Shown in pieces: positions 37,037 through 48,869 of a DNA stretch of 64,000 nucleotides; position 1 is the stretch's first letter, and each line of letters starts with the position of its first letter. A program made the position numbers and the translations under genes. Origin of the DNA: Protoeuglena noctilucae (lineage: Eukaryota); assembly GCA_958009085.1 (NCBI GenBank), contig OY253687.1:124001-188000 (forward strand). Reading direction: 5' to 3'. The notes beneath the pieces are model-generated. The model ran no database searches, was not told where the DNA came from, and saw only the letters and a list, made by a program, of their open reading frames with translations.

Positions 37037-37821
37037 GGCAGCGGGCCGCGATACGAGGCGACTGCCGAAGTGGTTCTATCCCCGAGTACAAGCGACCAGA
37101 GGAGCTGCGCGCGACGGCTCGCTGATATGGGGCGGGGAGGATGTCCGCACAACACGGAAAGAAATCGCGGGACCAACACGAGCAAGGATCGTTCCACGCA
37201 GGTGCGAGCTGACCAGCGCGAGCCGGCTCGGAGGAGGTAAAGCAGTTTGTCAGCGGTCAGTCTCGACTGGCGGCGAGCCGTGACGACTGGCAGAAGAAAT
37301 AACCGCCGCATTCATGCCCAGCATCCGTTGTCTTCCGTCCAGTGACCCCAGACAGCGCTCAGCGAACGCGGTTTCACCTGCTCCTCCAGCGCAAGGCCTG
37401 TTGCAGAGACCACCTCAAAGCCAGGTGCTGGCCTCGCGTGACTGAGGGATGCGTGGCACTTGTCATCTGCGAGACCCGATCAATACCTGCTCGCAGCCCA
37501 AGGGGACCCGAGGACCGTGCAAAGCAAAAGCCGCAGTGCCCCGTCGATGCAGGCCCACCGCGCCCACCACCGCCAGCAGGGGAAGCCAATCACCTAAGTC
37601 GACGCTTTGCATCACATCACGCTCGCGCGTGGGAAGAAGAAGGCGCGTCTGCTGCTCCGCGCGCTCGCCATGCAGCGACATGCCTTCCCAGGGGCATGCG
37701 CCATCGCGTTTGCTCCTCGACCTTCCACTTTGGGTCTGCTCAGGCATTCACATTCTAGTTTCTGGCCTTCCCGCAGGCCTGACGGCCCTGGGGAGCGCCT
37801 GCGGGGTGCGGGCGGGCGAGG

Positions 37822-38846
37822 ATGCCGGGCACGAGCATTAAGGACGCGCTGAAGAAGTTCGAGGAGGTGTTGGGCAATTACAGGCACATTTACGAGTCCC
37901 AACCAGATCGTATCAGTGACTTTGATCCCCTCCTGCTCGTGGAGGCGAACAAGGGGTGCGAGACGGTCGTGGACTGCAAGAAGGTGCGCTGCCACGGCTG
38001 CAGTGGCCGGAACGGCGTGGTTGTCGCATCATTGGTCTTGGGACGGGTGGTGCCCACAGGTCACGCTGGTCGGCATGATCCCGCCCATCGAGAAGATGGA
38101 CAACACCCTGGGGACGCTGAAGGCATGCGTGCACCTGTCCTTGGGGTCCAACGCGATCGACAAGATCGCCGGCCTCGCGGGCCTCGAGAACCTTCGCGTC
38201 TTGGCTCTGTCCCGGAACGCAGTCAAGGTGGGTGCACGTGGCGACCCAAAGTGCCTTCGCATCCCCTGTGCCGGGCCCGTGGGGAGCCCATCTGTGACGC
38301 TTGCGGCCGCAGAAGCTGGATAATCTGGACATGGTACCCGAGCTGGAGGAGCTGTGGATCTCGTACAACCAGCTCTCGTCCCTCGCGGGCATCGAAAAGC
38401 TCACCAAGCTGCGCGTGCTGTTCTGGTGAGGGCGCGCAAAGGCCGGCTGCGGCTCAGTCCGCGGACTAGTTGGTCGCGTAGTGGCGTCATCCGGCTGTGC
38501 TCCTGGCGTGGCTGCAGTTCCAACAATCAGATTGCCAAGTGGGAGGAGTTGGACCGCCTCCGGGACCTGCCTTTCCTGAAGGACATCAACCTCCTCAACA
38601 ACCCCATCGTGAGTGTGGAGCGAGCACTGCCGAGCCAGCTCGGCAGTCCAGCCACGCGGTGCCACCCGCCTTTCGAACAGCTGGGCTGACCGAGTGACAC
38701 TGACGCCACCCCCCCCTGCGCAGTACGCCGACATGGATGAGGCCACGCGGCGCGTGGAGGTCCTCAAGCGGCTGCCGCACCTGACCAAGCTCGACGGCAG
38801 GCCCGTGCAGCTTGAGGAACTCGAGGCGGCGGGGGTGGCGAACTGA
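37822..38846 (+). CDS. DNAL1: Outer-arm dynein light chain 1 (LRR protein)
   Basis: TSIKDALKKFEE, IPPIEKMDNTLGTLKACVHLSLGSNAIDKI, LEELWISYNQL, RVEVLKRLPHLTKLDG; six exons. Confidence 0.95.
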
Positions 38847-39712
38847 GAGTAGGCCATGACGGCTGGCCTAACCCGACATGCCGAGAGCCACGTCGGGCAC
38901 GATAAGTTGCAATGAGTTGAATCCCGAACTACGACAAAGTTAGCTATGACTATGGCAGCTATGAAGGCAACGCCGACGCTGCTCAGAGCTCCTGGCTCCA
39001 AGGGGCGTGCTGCAGGGCGCATTAGTGGGAGGGTGCTACAAGGGACGCCATGAACAGGTGCGGCGCCCAGTCAGGAGGGCAAACAGACCCGAGTGCGCCC
39101 CGCACATGGATGCGCAAGGGCATGTGCGCAGCGTCTCAAAAGAAAAACGACGTACGTGGTGGGAATGTCCATGGTACAGCTGTGCCTGCTATGGCCAAGG
39201 ATGGCACCTAGGTCGGGGAACGGGCGAGGGGTGACAAAGCATAAAGAACATGCACTAACACGCCAACTAGAGCCGAAACGCGTCCCGCAAACACCCCCTC
39301 CTAAAACCCATGCTGCAAGCACTCGCAGGGCCATCCCCCTGGCCCCATCTATTGGCAGCAAGAAACAGCGCTCGTCGTGTTCCATGCACCCCTTGTTCAA
39401 GACAACCATCCGACTGAGCTGCCTTGAGTCCGGCTCCCATCCTGAGGCAAGGGCATCTTCGCAGACGCTCGCGAAGATTGGGGTGCACCTTGACGGTGCG
39501 CCGTTGAAGGGACGTGCTGGTCTTCCCGGCATGGAGATGTCATTCACGTGTGGGGGACACAAGGCGGCGTCCCTTGGAAGTTACCTTGCCACCTGGCGAC
39601 TGGTCCGCCTGGGTTTGCCGGATCACAGCGCTGCGTGCACAGAACGTTCCGACGACAGTGGGCGATTTTCTCACCCACAGCCCATGTCTGCATGTCTCAG
39701 CGCCACCGGCCC

Positions 39713-42390
39713 TCACTTGAGCTGCCCGCGGTCCAGGGAGCCGTCCATGGATGCCCGCGCGTCGCTGTCCCGCCAGTCGTGCGGGCGCATGTCGGACGGT
39801 AAGGCATGCATCGACGTCTTGGCCGAATGCGACGCCGGCTCCGACACACGCAGCGCGCCGACCAGCCGGTTTAGCGTCGCGGGGTCCTCCGAGGACGAAA
39901 CGGGCAGCGACTCGTGCACCTGCGGCGTGCTTACGACTCGACAATCGCCCCCTTGAGCCGCGGAGGCGCCCTCGAGCCGCACGCGCCGAGTCCCACCTCG
40001 TTCTTGCGCCCGAACTTGTTGAGGAGCTTGCGCGCCAGCCCTCCCTCAGCCGTCGCCCTGGCCCCCGCTTCCACCTTGTCGGACCGCACCCTCATGCCGA
40101 CCTCTGACAGGAAGCGGCGGAACTCCCGCTTGGGCCCCGCACTCGGCCCACCCCCCGGCACCCCCACGGGCGTCACGGCGCCCGACCCGCTCTCGGACGG
40201 GTTGACCGTGCCGCCCCGCATGCGCCCCGTGCGCATGTCCGCCGACTGCGAGGGGGGCACCGCGGTGGCAGTAACGCCAGCGCAATCCATCAATCAGCTT
40301 GCCACTCTCCCCTGCCCCCTTCCGTCGCACCTGTAAGCTGCTCGAGCTGTCGACGGATGTCATGGTGGGCGTCAGGGGAACGGCCGCGGCCCTCGACATG
40401 TCGTCCGCGGTGTGCGCCTTGCTGGGGGCGACTGCCACGGCAACGGCAGCGGTGCCCGCCTCCGAAGAGCGGTTGCCCGCCTCGGAAGAGCGGTTGCCCG
40501 CCTCGGAAGAGCGGTTGCCCGGCACGGAGAGGCGCCACGACCCTCCTTGGATGTACTTGAGCGACTCCGTCTCGCCGACCTGCAGCGTCCGCTGGCTCGT
40601 GTTGGGGGTCGAGGGGGTGCCGGGCTCGATGTCGGCCTTGGCCTCGGCCAGTTCCCGGAACCGGCGCAGGGTGCGGTCGGACGCGTGCGACGTCAGGTAC
40701 GGGTGGTGCAGGAGGTCCATGGCGGGGGAGCGCGCCTCGGGGCTCGTGGACAGGCACGCCTGCAGGAAGTCCCGGAATGGCCGCGACAGGGACGACGGAA
40801 TCTGCGAACGGCGCCAGGGCGGCAGAGTGGGTTGCCCAAGACCACCAGGCCGCACGAATGGGGCGCACTTGCAACGTGCCCTGCATACCCCTCCGTCTCA
40901 TCCACGGTGCCATGACGGAGGCGGCTGAGACACTCAGACGCCAGAGGATGTCGCCTCACCTGGTACGTGCCCTTCTGGATCGCCTCGATGAGCAACTCCT
41001 CCGTCTTGCCCGAAAAGGGCGCGTTCCTGGTCACCAGCTCGTACGCCATGACGCCAATGGCCCATACGTCCACGGAGTGGTCGTATGGGCGGCGAATCTC
41101 ACGGGGCATCTGGTCACGGAAGACCTTGTAGTGGCCATTGCCAATCATGATCATCTCCGGCGCCATGAAGTCTGAGGGCGAGGGCGGGGGCGGGGGAGGC
41201 CGTGTTGCGTGGGGAGACGCCCTCCCAGAGCCGCAGCGCCTGCCGAGATGGGCCGCAGGCAGCGCGGCACACTGCAGGCAGTCACCGGTGGTGCCCACGC
41301 GCGAGAGCGCCCGCTTGTGGCGCTGGTTGACCGCGAACCCGAAGTCGGCCAGCTTGACCGTGTCGCCCGTCATGACCACGTTCTCCGGCTTGAGATCGCG
41401 GTGCATGATGATGTTGTTGTGCAGGTAGGCGATGGCGGAGACCAGCGGCAGCAGCACGTAGCGGGCAATCACGGCCTCGTCCATGGGAATGTTGACCATT
41501 TCTTGGTAAAGATCCCCCTGCGATAGGGCGGGAGGCCTGGAGTCGCGGGCCCGGCTCTGGAAAGCAGGTACCAGGCACATTGCCCGACACTTGCCAATGA
41601 CGTGGGCAGGGCCCTTGCCCGTCGCACCGCGCGGGTCCCCGGAGAAGCCCCTCACCTTCGAGGCAAGCTCGAGCACCAGCCAGTAGTTGTCGGCGTCCTC
41701 GAAGGCGGCGTAGAAGCCCACGACGTTGGGGTGGACGAGCCGGGAATGGATGGTAATTTCGCCGAACACCTGCTCCCGGATGCGCGGCCGCAGCATCCGC
41801 TTCACGTAGCACTTCAGGGCCACTTCCATGCCCGTCCGCTTGCACGTCGCCGTGTACACCTTGCTCGCCATCCCCGCCCCCAGCTTCTTGGTGCAGTGGA
41901 ACCGGCCGACCGTCCATTCGTGCTCCGCGAGCGCCTGCGACGCGCCAATCGCCCGTCTCCCAAGCCGCACGCGCGTGATCCCACGGGGCGGCCAGCGCGG
42001 GCCGCCGGCGCCTCGAAGAGCAGCGGCAGGAAATCTCCTCACCTCTGGGCACTGGAGGCCCACGACGGGGAACTTCACCGGCAATGGCGCCTCCCCATCC
42101 TTGACTTGCGATCCCGCGCTGTTCTTCACCGCAGCCTGCATCGCAGCCTGCACGGGACCGACCACCCACGGGGTCAAAAGGGACTGGCGGGCTGCGCTCG
42201 ATCCGCGACCGGTGGGGAGATGTGCGGCGTGGTCTTGGCAATGAAGATCGCGCAGCCTGCCACCGCGGCACCGCGGCGACGCCTCACGGCTCGCACGAGC
42301 ACGCCCTGCGCCCTCCGAGGCCTGAGCGGCCCCGCTGTGGGGTACCGACAGCAGCGACCAGCCCCGCGCCCTTCTAGGCGACCTAGCCAT
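39713..42390 (-). CDS. Aurora-like Ser/Thr protein kinase with C-terminal extension
   Basis: LGAGMASKVY, VALKCY, EITIHSRLVHPNVVGFYAAFED, HRDLKPEN, LADFG, RVGTTDFMAPE, VDVWAIG. Confidence 0.88.
40458..40520. repeat. 21-bp coding tandem repeat x3 (GNRSSEA) in the kinase tail
   Basis: gcctc(c/g)gaagagcggttgccc three times with one mismatch. Confidence 0.95.
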
Positions 42391-43031
42391 GGACTCCCCA
42401 GCAAAAGAACGGCGAGGGCCGAGCCAGGGAAGCCCCCTCGGCCAAAGGCAAGGCTAGCGACCGCTGGGAACTCTGCCTAGACCCGACAAGCGCACAGGTG
42501 CTCACCCACGATGGTATCGCTGCATCAACACGAGCCGACCAGGCACCCGCTCCGCCCAGACGAGGAGGTTGACCGGCCTTGGCGACAAGCCACGCGTCTC
42601 AGAGCCCAAGCACGCCTACGGCAAACTCCTGGGAAAGGAAATCATGCTACGGGAGAGGCCACGGGCCACTTTGCGTGCTCGGCCGGGAGGAAACTGATGG
42701 GCGCGCCAACAGACGTCGATGATACAATTTGTCGCTCGCACATCTGGCACTACGCTTGATGCGCAACCTCGTTCGAGGACGAGGCTCCGTCGTCGGGGTC
42801 TCACTCGCAGTGCCAGCGACACCGCACCCACTCTTGTCCTACTTGCTGTTTCTGACTACTCACTCAGTCGCCGCCGCGTCCACAGCTGATCGAGTGCATT
42901 TCGGCATCGTGTTTGGCGCGTCCTGGGGCCGGCAAGTGGACCTGTCAACCCAATCGCTGCTTCTGGCCCAAGGAAAACGTGAATTTCGGCAATCACGCGC
43001 CTGGACCCGGGCCCGCAGCCACGGCGGGGCG

Positions 43032-46000
43032 ATGAGGGGGGTACCATTCAATGTCCTCGTCGTGGAGAGTGCGGAGCCATCGTCGGCGATGGATGAGATG
43101 GCCCAGGGATTGCCGTCCGGCACCAGCGTCCTGACCTGGGTAGGACTGGCTGCCCCCCTGCGCCGCTGGGGATGTGCTCTGTCAGACTAACCGAGGCGCT
43201 AAGACCGACGGGTGACCCTCAGTCGGCCCCTCGCAGGATACGGCGACGTCCCCCAGCTCGCTCGCTGACCGTGCTGGCACCGTGGCGGCCGACATCCGAA
43301 GCGGGGCATGCAAGCGTGTGGTCCTCCTCGCCCGACCCGGCCTGGACGTCCTGGTCCTGGGCACAGGTGTGGTGGGCTGCTGTGGAGGATGAGATGGGCG
43401 CCCGCAGGCGTGACCATTGCCCTGGTGCGGATGGCGGTTGCAGAGCGCTATCAACGCACGGCACGCTTGCCGGATATTGCAGTTCTCGAGGTGGGCGTGG
43501 AGGCCATCGCCGCCGGGGCGGGTCCTGCCCAGGAAGAGGAGGGCGGAGGTGATGAGCCCGAGGCGGCCCTGCAGCCGCTGCAGGGCCTGTGCCGCCTGCA
43601 GTCCGTGTGGGTCGCCGTCGACGAGGAGATTGTGCGGGCGTTGGTGTGTGTGGAGGCCAGCGACGCGGCAGGGGGGCCTGGCAGGCCCGCGCTGGACGCC
43701 CTGAGCACACCGGCCCGGGAGGGCCCCACCGCCAAGGCCCTGTGCGAGGCAATGGAGCTCGCGTCGGGAGTCCTCGTTCTCGCGGCCCGAGGAGCGCCGG
43801 CAACACCCAGCTCGTCCTCTCACTCTCGCGATGTGCTGGCCTCACGCCTCGGTGCCATGGGGCGCTCGGGGTGCGTCGTCGCCTTCGTCGGCGCAGGCGA
43901 CGCGCTGCCTTCCACCCTGCGCGAGCTGGCGAACGTGGGAGGGACCCTGCACACCGAGGTTGCCTCCACCGAGGCGTGGGATCTTCCCCCGTGGGCACGT
44001 GCGGCCCCCCCGCACGTCCGGTCGCTGGAGTCGGTCTCAGACGCAGCCAGCGTGGGGCGATGCACCGAGAAGGACGCCGCCGGGTGCACGGTGGGGCGGT
44101 ACCGGTCACAGCGCCCGTTCCACCCGGGGAGGCTGCACCGTCTCCTCACGTCATCCGCGGCGCTGATGGAGCCAGACGAGGAGGGAGTGTGCGCCGTGAC
44201 GCACCGGGGGCCACTCGGATCAGACGCTGCCGAATCAGGGTCTTTCGGGGCGGGGCCTTGCTTGAAGGGCGTGTTGCGCATCCACGGGAGTGTATGGCTT
44301 GCGAGTCGGCGAGACGTCGAAGGGTGTCTTTTCCTGTGCGGCTCCCTGGCCTTCCTCGACGCCTCGGCGCCTTGGTCCATGGGACTCGAAGAGGTGAGGG
44401 CATTGCTGCGTCTGCCTGCGGTGCCGCCTTGTGCAGCGGCTGGTGCGGTGGCCTTCGCGAGCGCTGCGTCGCGGAAGTGCCCCGTCGTTGGTTGCAGGAT
44501 TCTGGGGATGCGGAAACAAGCGACTCAGGAAGGGCCCCTGGACAGGACCTCTGGCTGCTGCTGGCCGAGGGGGTGTCGTGGGAGGCGGTCAAGGGCACAC
44601 TCGACGCGTGCCTGTTGGCGGAAGAGACGTTCGACCTTGGAACAGAGGACCCATTCGCGCCGTGGCCGACGGCCGCTGAGCTGCGTGGGGACCACGGGAC
44701 GGCGATTCCTGACATGCCTGATGCTGGGGCCCTGGGTCAAGCAGAGGAGGCGGGGGCAACGGCTGTGGATGTGGATGTGGATGTGTCGGGGCGCGTGCTC
44801 TCCGTGCTCCAGGGTGGTGCCGAGGCGCAGGCCCTCCTGGCGGGCCTAACGAGCGAGGTGGCCGTGGTGGAGTGGCGCGCGGGATGGGCAGGCCCGAGCG
44901 TCGAGGCTGGGGCAGCCGTGTCATCCCTCGCCGAGCGATGCCCGGGCGTTGCCTTCCTACGGTGAGCCTCCCTCCTGCCGCCCATTCACAGTTCATGTTT
45001 CGATCACGGCCTCTCTGATTCGCGCTGTTCCACCTGCTTCCAGGGTGGACATCGAGGCAACACCAGAGAACGAGAGCTTTGCGTTTGACCAAGTGCTGAC
45101 CAAGTCCGTCGCCGTGCGCAAGGACAAGCCGGTGCTCAAGGTGCGTTGGCGGGACGCAGAACAGAAGGTCGCTCAACGACCTGCTTGGCCAAACGTCCAC
45201 GTCGGTGCTCGTCTCATCTGGCTGAGGGCTGCTCGCCAAGGCGCATCGCGGCATTCTCCCGCCGTCCGCAGAACCAGGCGAAGTTCCCGTGCCTCTCCGC
45301 CTTCTGGACGCCCGCTCTGCATGGGCCCCAGGTCTTCTCGGGACCGACGGCCACGTCCGACCTGGAGCAGTGGCTAGCAGCAGCGGTGCCTTCCGCATGC
45401 GCGCCCGGAGCGCAAGTGACGCTCGTGGGGGACGTGGCGAGCGAGTATGGGCACGTGGTGAGGAACGGCTCAGAGGGGGACGGCGGAATCATGGATGGCG
45501 ACAAGACACGCGTGCAGGACGTGCCAGACATCACGCGCGGGGCCGCCGACTTGCAGGTGAGACGCGTCAGCTTCGGGACCTGGATCGGCACACAGCGGTG
45601 CCGGTGGTGTCGTTTGGACCGTCAGCCACCATCGGTGTGTCTCAGGGGATGCTCCGGGATGCTGCGTCGGGGGACCAGTGCGTCGCCGTCCTGTGGGGCG
45701 ACTCGGGGGGCGCTGCGGGCGAGGTCCTTAAGCTCGACGACCTCGAGGTCGGCTTCATCAAGACGATCATTGCTACGTGCGACATCTCCAAGTCAGGTGA
45801 CTTTGAGAGGACAGGCCAACCCTGACGGCTGCGTTTGGTGAGGGGGTGACACGTGTTCGGCGCGTTCTGTGCGCAGAGCCAAACAAGGGGCTCGGGGCCG
45901 CTTTGAGCGTCAAGGACCTCCCCTGTTTGACATTGTTTCGGAACATGAAGGTGGCCGGCACCGTCGCCGGGCACAAGCTCACCACGCAAGGCGTTCAGGC

Positions 46001-46765
46001 GAGCCCTGACATTTGTGCAGGTTGCAAAGAGCCACATGCGGGGTGGCTGGCATCCCGGCATCGCCTTCTGAGCTCCGAACCCCGCAGTCGGCGCTGTGGC
46101 ACATGGGAGTCAGCCCAGATCCGTTTGCGTCCCTCTCCACGTCCCGTCGCGCGCACTCGCAAGCCCGTGGAGCCGGCGCCCGTGCCCCGGCGCGGTCGCC
46201 CTGGGACCCCTCGGTAGGGTCTGCAGCAGTGTCGGGGTACCGCAGGGACCTGGGGAACGGCCGCATCGGGTATCTGTGGCCCCGGATGCCGTGTCTCCGA
46301 TGTGGGTGTCCCTGGTGGACTTCCGAGGAGTGGGATGCGCTCTGCAGCCGGTGCGGGTGGAGCTGCGAGACCGAGGTGCGGAGGGGCACCGGCAGGCAGA
46401 GGCAGGCGCCCTGTCCAGGGGGCTTCGCGCACAAGCCCCCGCCAACATGGCCGCAGGGGTACGATGACGACTCAAAGCCTCTGCCGGATTACCGGGCAAC
46501 GTGGGAGGGGTTTGTGGGCATGATCATGCGAGGGCGGTGCCCGCCCTGGGCTCCCGGGAGGAGGGCGCCGCACGACAGGCCGGGCGACCACCCCGTCGTC
46601 ACGAAGGCGGCTCCCGTAGGTGACGAGGGAGGGCCTGGGACGCAGGAGGAGGCACGGGAGCAAAGCGCGGTTCCAGCAGACACAGGCAATGCCGGGGGAG
46701 CCAGGAAGCCGGCCTCCACGCCGAAGGACGCGCGAGGGAAGGGGCAGTGGACCAAATTCTATTGA
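43032..46765 (+). CDS. Fusion protein: degenerate CobW/COG0523 domain + CobW_C + two thioredoxin-like domains + Cys-rich zinc finger
   Basis: YRSQRPFHPGRL, GVLRIHGSVWLASR, LDACLL (CobW_C); VVEWRAGWAGPS...FLRVDIE...FPC and VKDLPCLTLFRN (Trx folds); CLRCGCPWW...CSRCGWSC; exons join in frame. Confidence 0.75.
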
Positions 46766-47204
46766 TTGCCGCCGTTTTTTTGCAAGAAAGATGTGTACTT
46801 GCCCGCGTTCCGCGCGCCGCGCCGTGCCTTTGTCTGGACTCTGGACTCGCTCTGCATGGAACTTTGCCAGCGCTAGGACGGTTGTGTGTCTCGGTTTTCG
46901 TCACTAGCGACCACTGTGTTTTGAGCGAGCCCGCGTCCCAGCTCCTGCACCCTGGGGACCCGCGTGGTGTGAATCGAGCTAGCTTGGCGGCATAGAACGG
47001 GGGTGAGAGTCGCGCGCGATTCCTTCGCGCAGGCCCGCGCGGGGCAGAGGGGCGTTTTCCTGTGCGAGGGCGCACGCTCCCCGACGGAGAGGGCCTCGCG
47101 CCCCCGGCGCGCCAGGAAGTAGAGGGGCTTGTAGGGCTGGATATCGGCGGCACTCGGGGGCCACCAGCGCGGAAGCAGCGCGCGGAGGGGCGTGACGGGG
47201 GACC

Positions 47205-48669
47205 ATGGCCGTATCCATCTCCGCGGCCCTCATCACGCTGGGGGCCATCATCGGTGAGTCGAGCTGCAGATTGTCGCTAAGATTCGCCTGCGGTGTCCCC
47301 CATGGTCGCCGCGAGGTGGCAAAAGCGCCTGGCTCCCTTCTGCAGACAAGTATGGTCACTACGACCAGGATGAGGAAGCGCTGAAGGAGGCGTTCGACCC
47401 GGACGATCCGTTCAGCTCGCAGCTCGCCATGATTCGGTCCAAGCTCGGGGAACTCTACGCGTGAGGCGGGCGCGCTCGACACGAGCCCTTGTTCGCTGTG
47501 CGAGCGACCGTGTGACGCCTTCCGCCTGCCCGCCCGCCCGCAGACAATCGCAAAAGTTATCCGAGGAGCAGAACCGGGCATTGGCAGCGACCGGCTTCGC
47601 CGAGCTCCGCCGCGCGAAGAACAAACTCGTCAACGACGACATCCCCGAGCTCCAGTCGGTCATCAAGCGGGGCAAGAACGTGGTGTGTGGCGCGGCAGCG
47701 CTGCTTTTGGCACCCTTGTGCTGTTCCTGGTCTTCCCGTTTGGGGACCCGTTCTGCTCGCTCTAGTGGCAGTGGTGCAGCAGCCAAGGGCACGCCAGCAC
47801 CGTCGCCTGCAGACCCCGGACGTCATCACCGGTCGCCTGCAACAGCTCCAGGCCGTGCTGGCGGAGGTCGACAGCATCAACGACGGCGTGAACATTTCGC
47901 GGCCGCTGCGGCCGGAGATGGCCGAGGTCAGCACGGGGATGTTTGGCTGGGGCAAGAAGGTCGGGGGCAACTTAGGGGAGATCCAGCTGACCATGCGCGA
48001 CGGCGACCCGGAGCTGAACCCCAACAATTACCAGGTTGGGACCCGCGCGAGGCTGCCGGGGCGGCGCGGCCCAGTCTGGGCTCCAGCCTGGTGTCTCCGT
48101 CATCTATAGCACCCATGTCTCTGTACCCGTGTCTCTCTTTTTCTTTGCAGGAGACGGACGAGTCCCGGGCTTTCCAGGAGGAGTGGATGCAGGCCAAGGC
48201 AACGCAGGACGACTACCTCAGCCGCATCGGACGCGGGGTCGGGGACCTCAAGGAGATTGCCTTAGCGCAGCAGGACGAGCTCAACCGCCAGAACCCCATC
48301 CTCGAGGTGCGTGGGCTAAGGAGTCACGGTGCGGTGACTGGCTGCGGTATGGACTGCGGTAGCCGTCCTGCTCCATGCTGCCTGCATTCCTCTCGTCGTG
48401 CACGGCACCCGGCGCTCTGTGCAGCATGCATGGACCCCGCCCGCCTGCACGTGTGTTCATGTCAAGCTCATGACAACTCCCTGGCTGCGTGCCCGCAGAC
48501 TGTGGAGACGCGTGTGGACAAGCTGACCTCGGAGCTCCGCAGCAACAACGCCAAGCTCAAGGAGGTGCTCTTCCACGTGCGCACCACGCGCAAGTTCTGC
48601 ATCGACTTCATCCTCATAATCGTGGCCCTCGGCATCGGCATGTACATCTTCCAAATGATCAAGAAATGA
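47205..48669 (+). CDS. SYP7-family Qc-SNARE (syntaxin-71-like)
   Basis: IIDKY, DDPF, NRALAATGFAELRRAKNKL, QDDYLSRIGRGVGDLKEIA...ELNRQNP, RKFCIDFIL plus C-terminal TM. Confidence 0.93.
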
Positions 48670-48869
48670 GTCCGCCAAGGGAGAGCGCGTGCCTCTTTCC
48701 AGTGGTCACGCCATCGAGGCGGGCGAGGGCTTTTGACACCCTTGCCGCTGCCGTGCGCTGCCCCCTCTTAAGGGCCAACAGAACTATATCCATGCTGGGC
48801 CGTGCGTCCACTTTTTTAATTAATTTAGAGAACTATTAGCACGTGTTTGCACAGGGGATGGCCCCTGGC

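Noticed and set aside
39093..39956. 287-aa plus-strand ORF
   Set aside because: Overlaps the 3' end and UTR of the Aurora-like gene on the opposite strand; no motif or splice support
40458..40520. Direct repeats as a CRISPR array
   Set aside because: No spacers, lies in frame within an exon, eukaryotic context
44764..44786. (GTGGAT)n microsatellite
   Set aside because: Short coding repeat (VDVDVDV) in a linker; unremarkable
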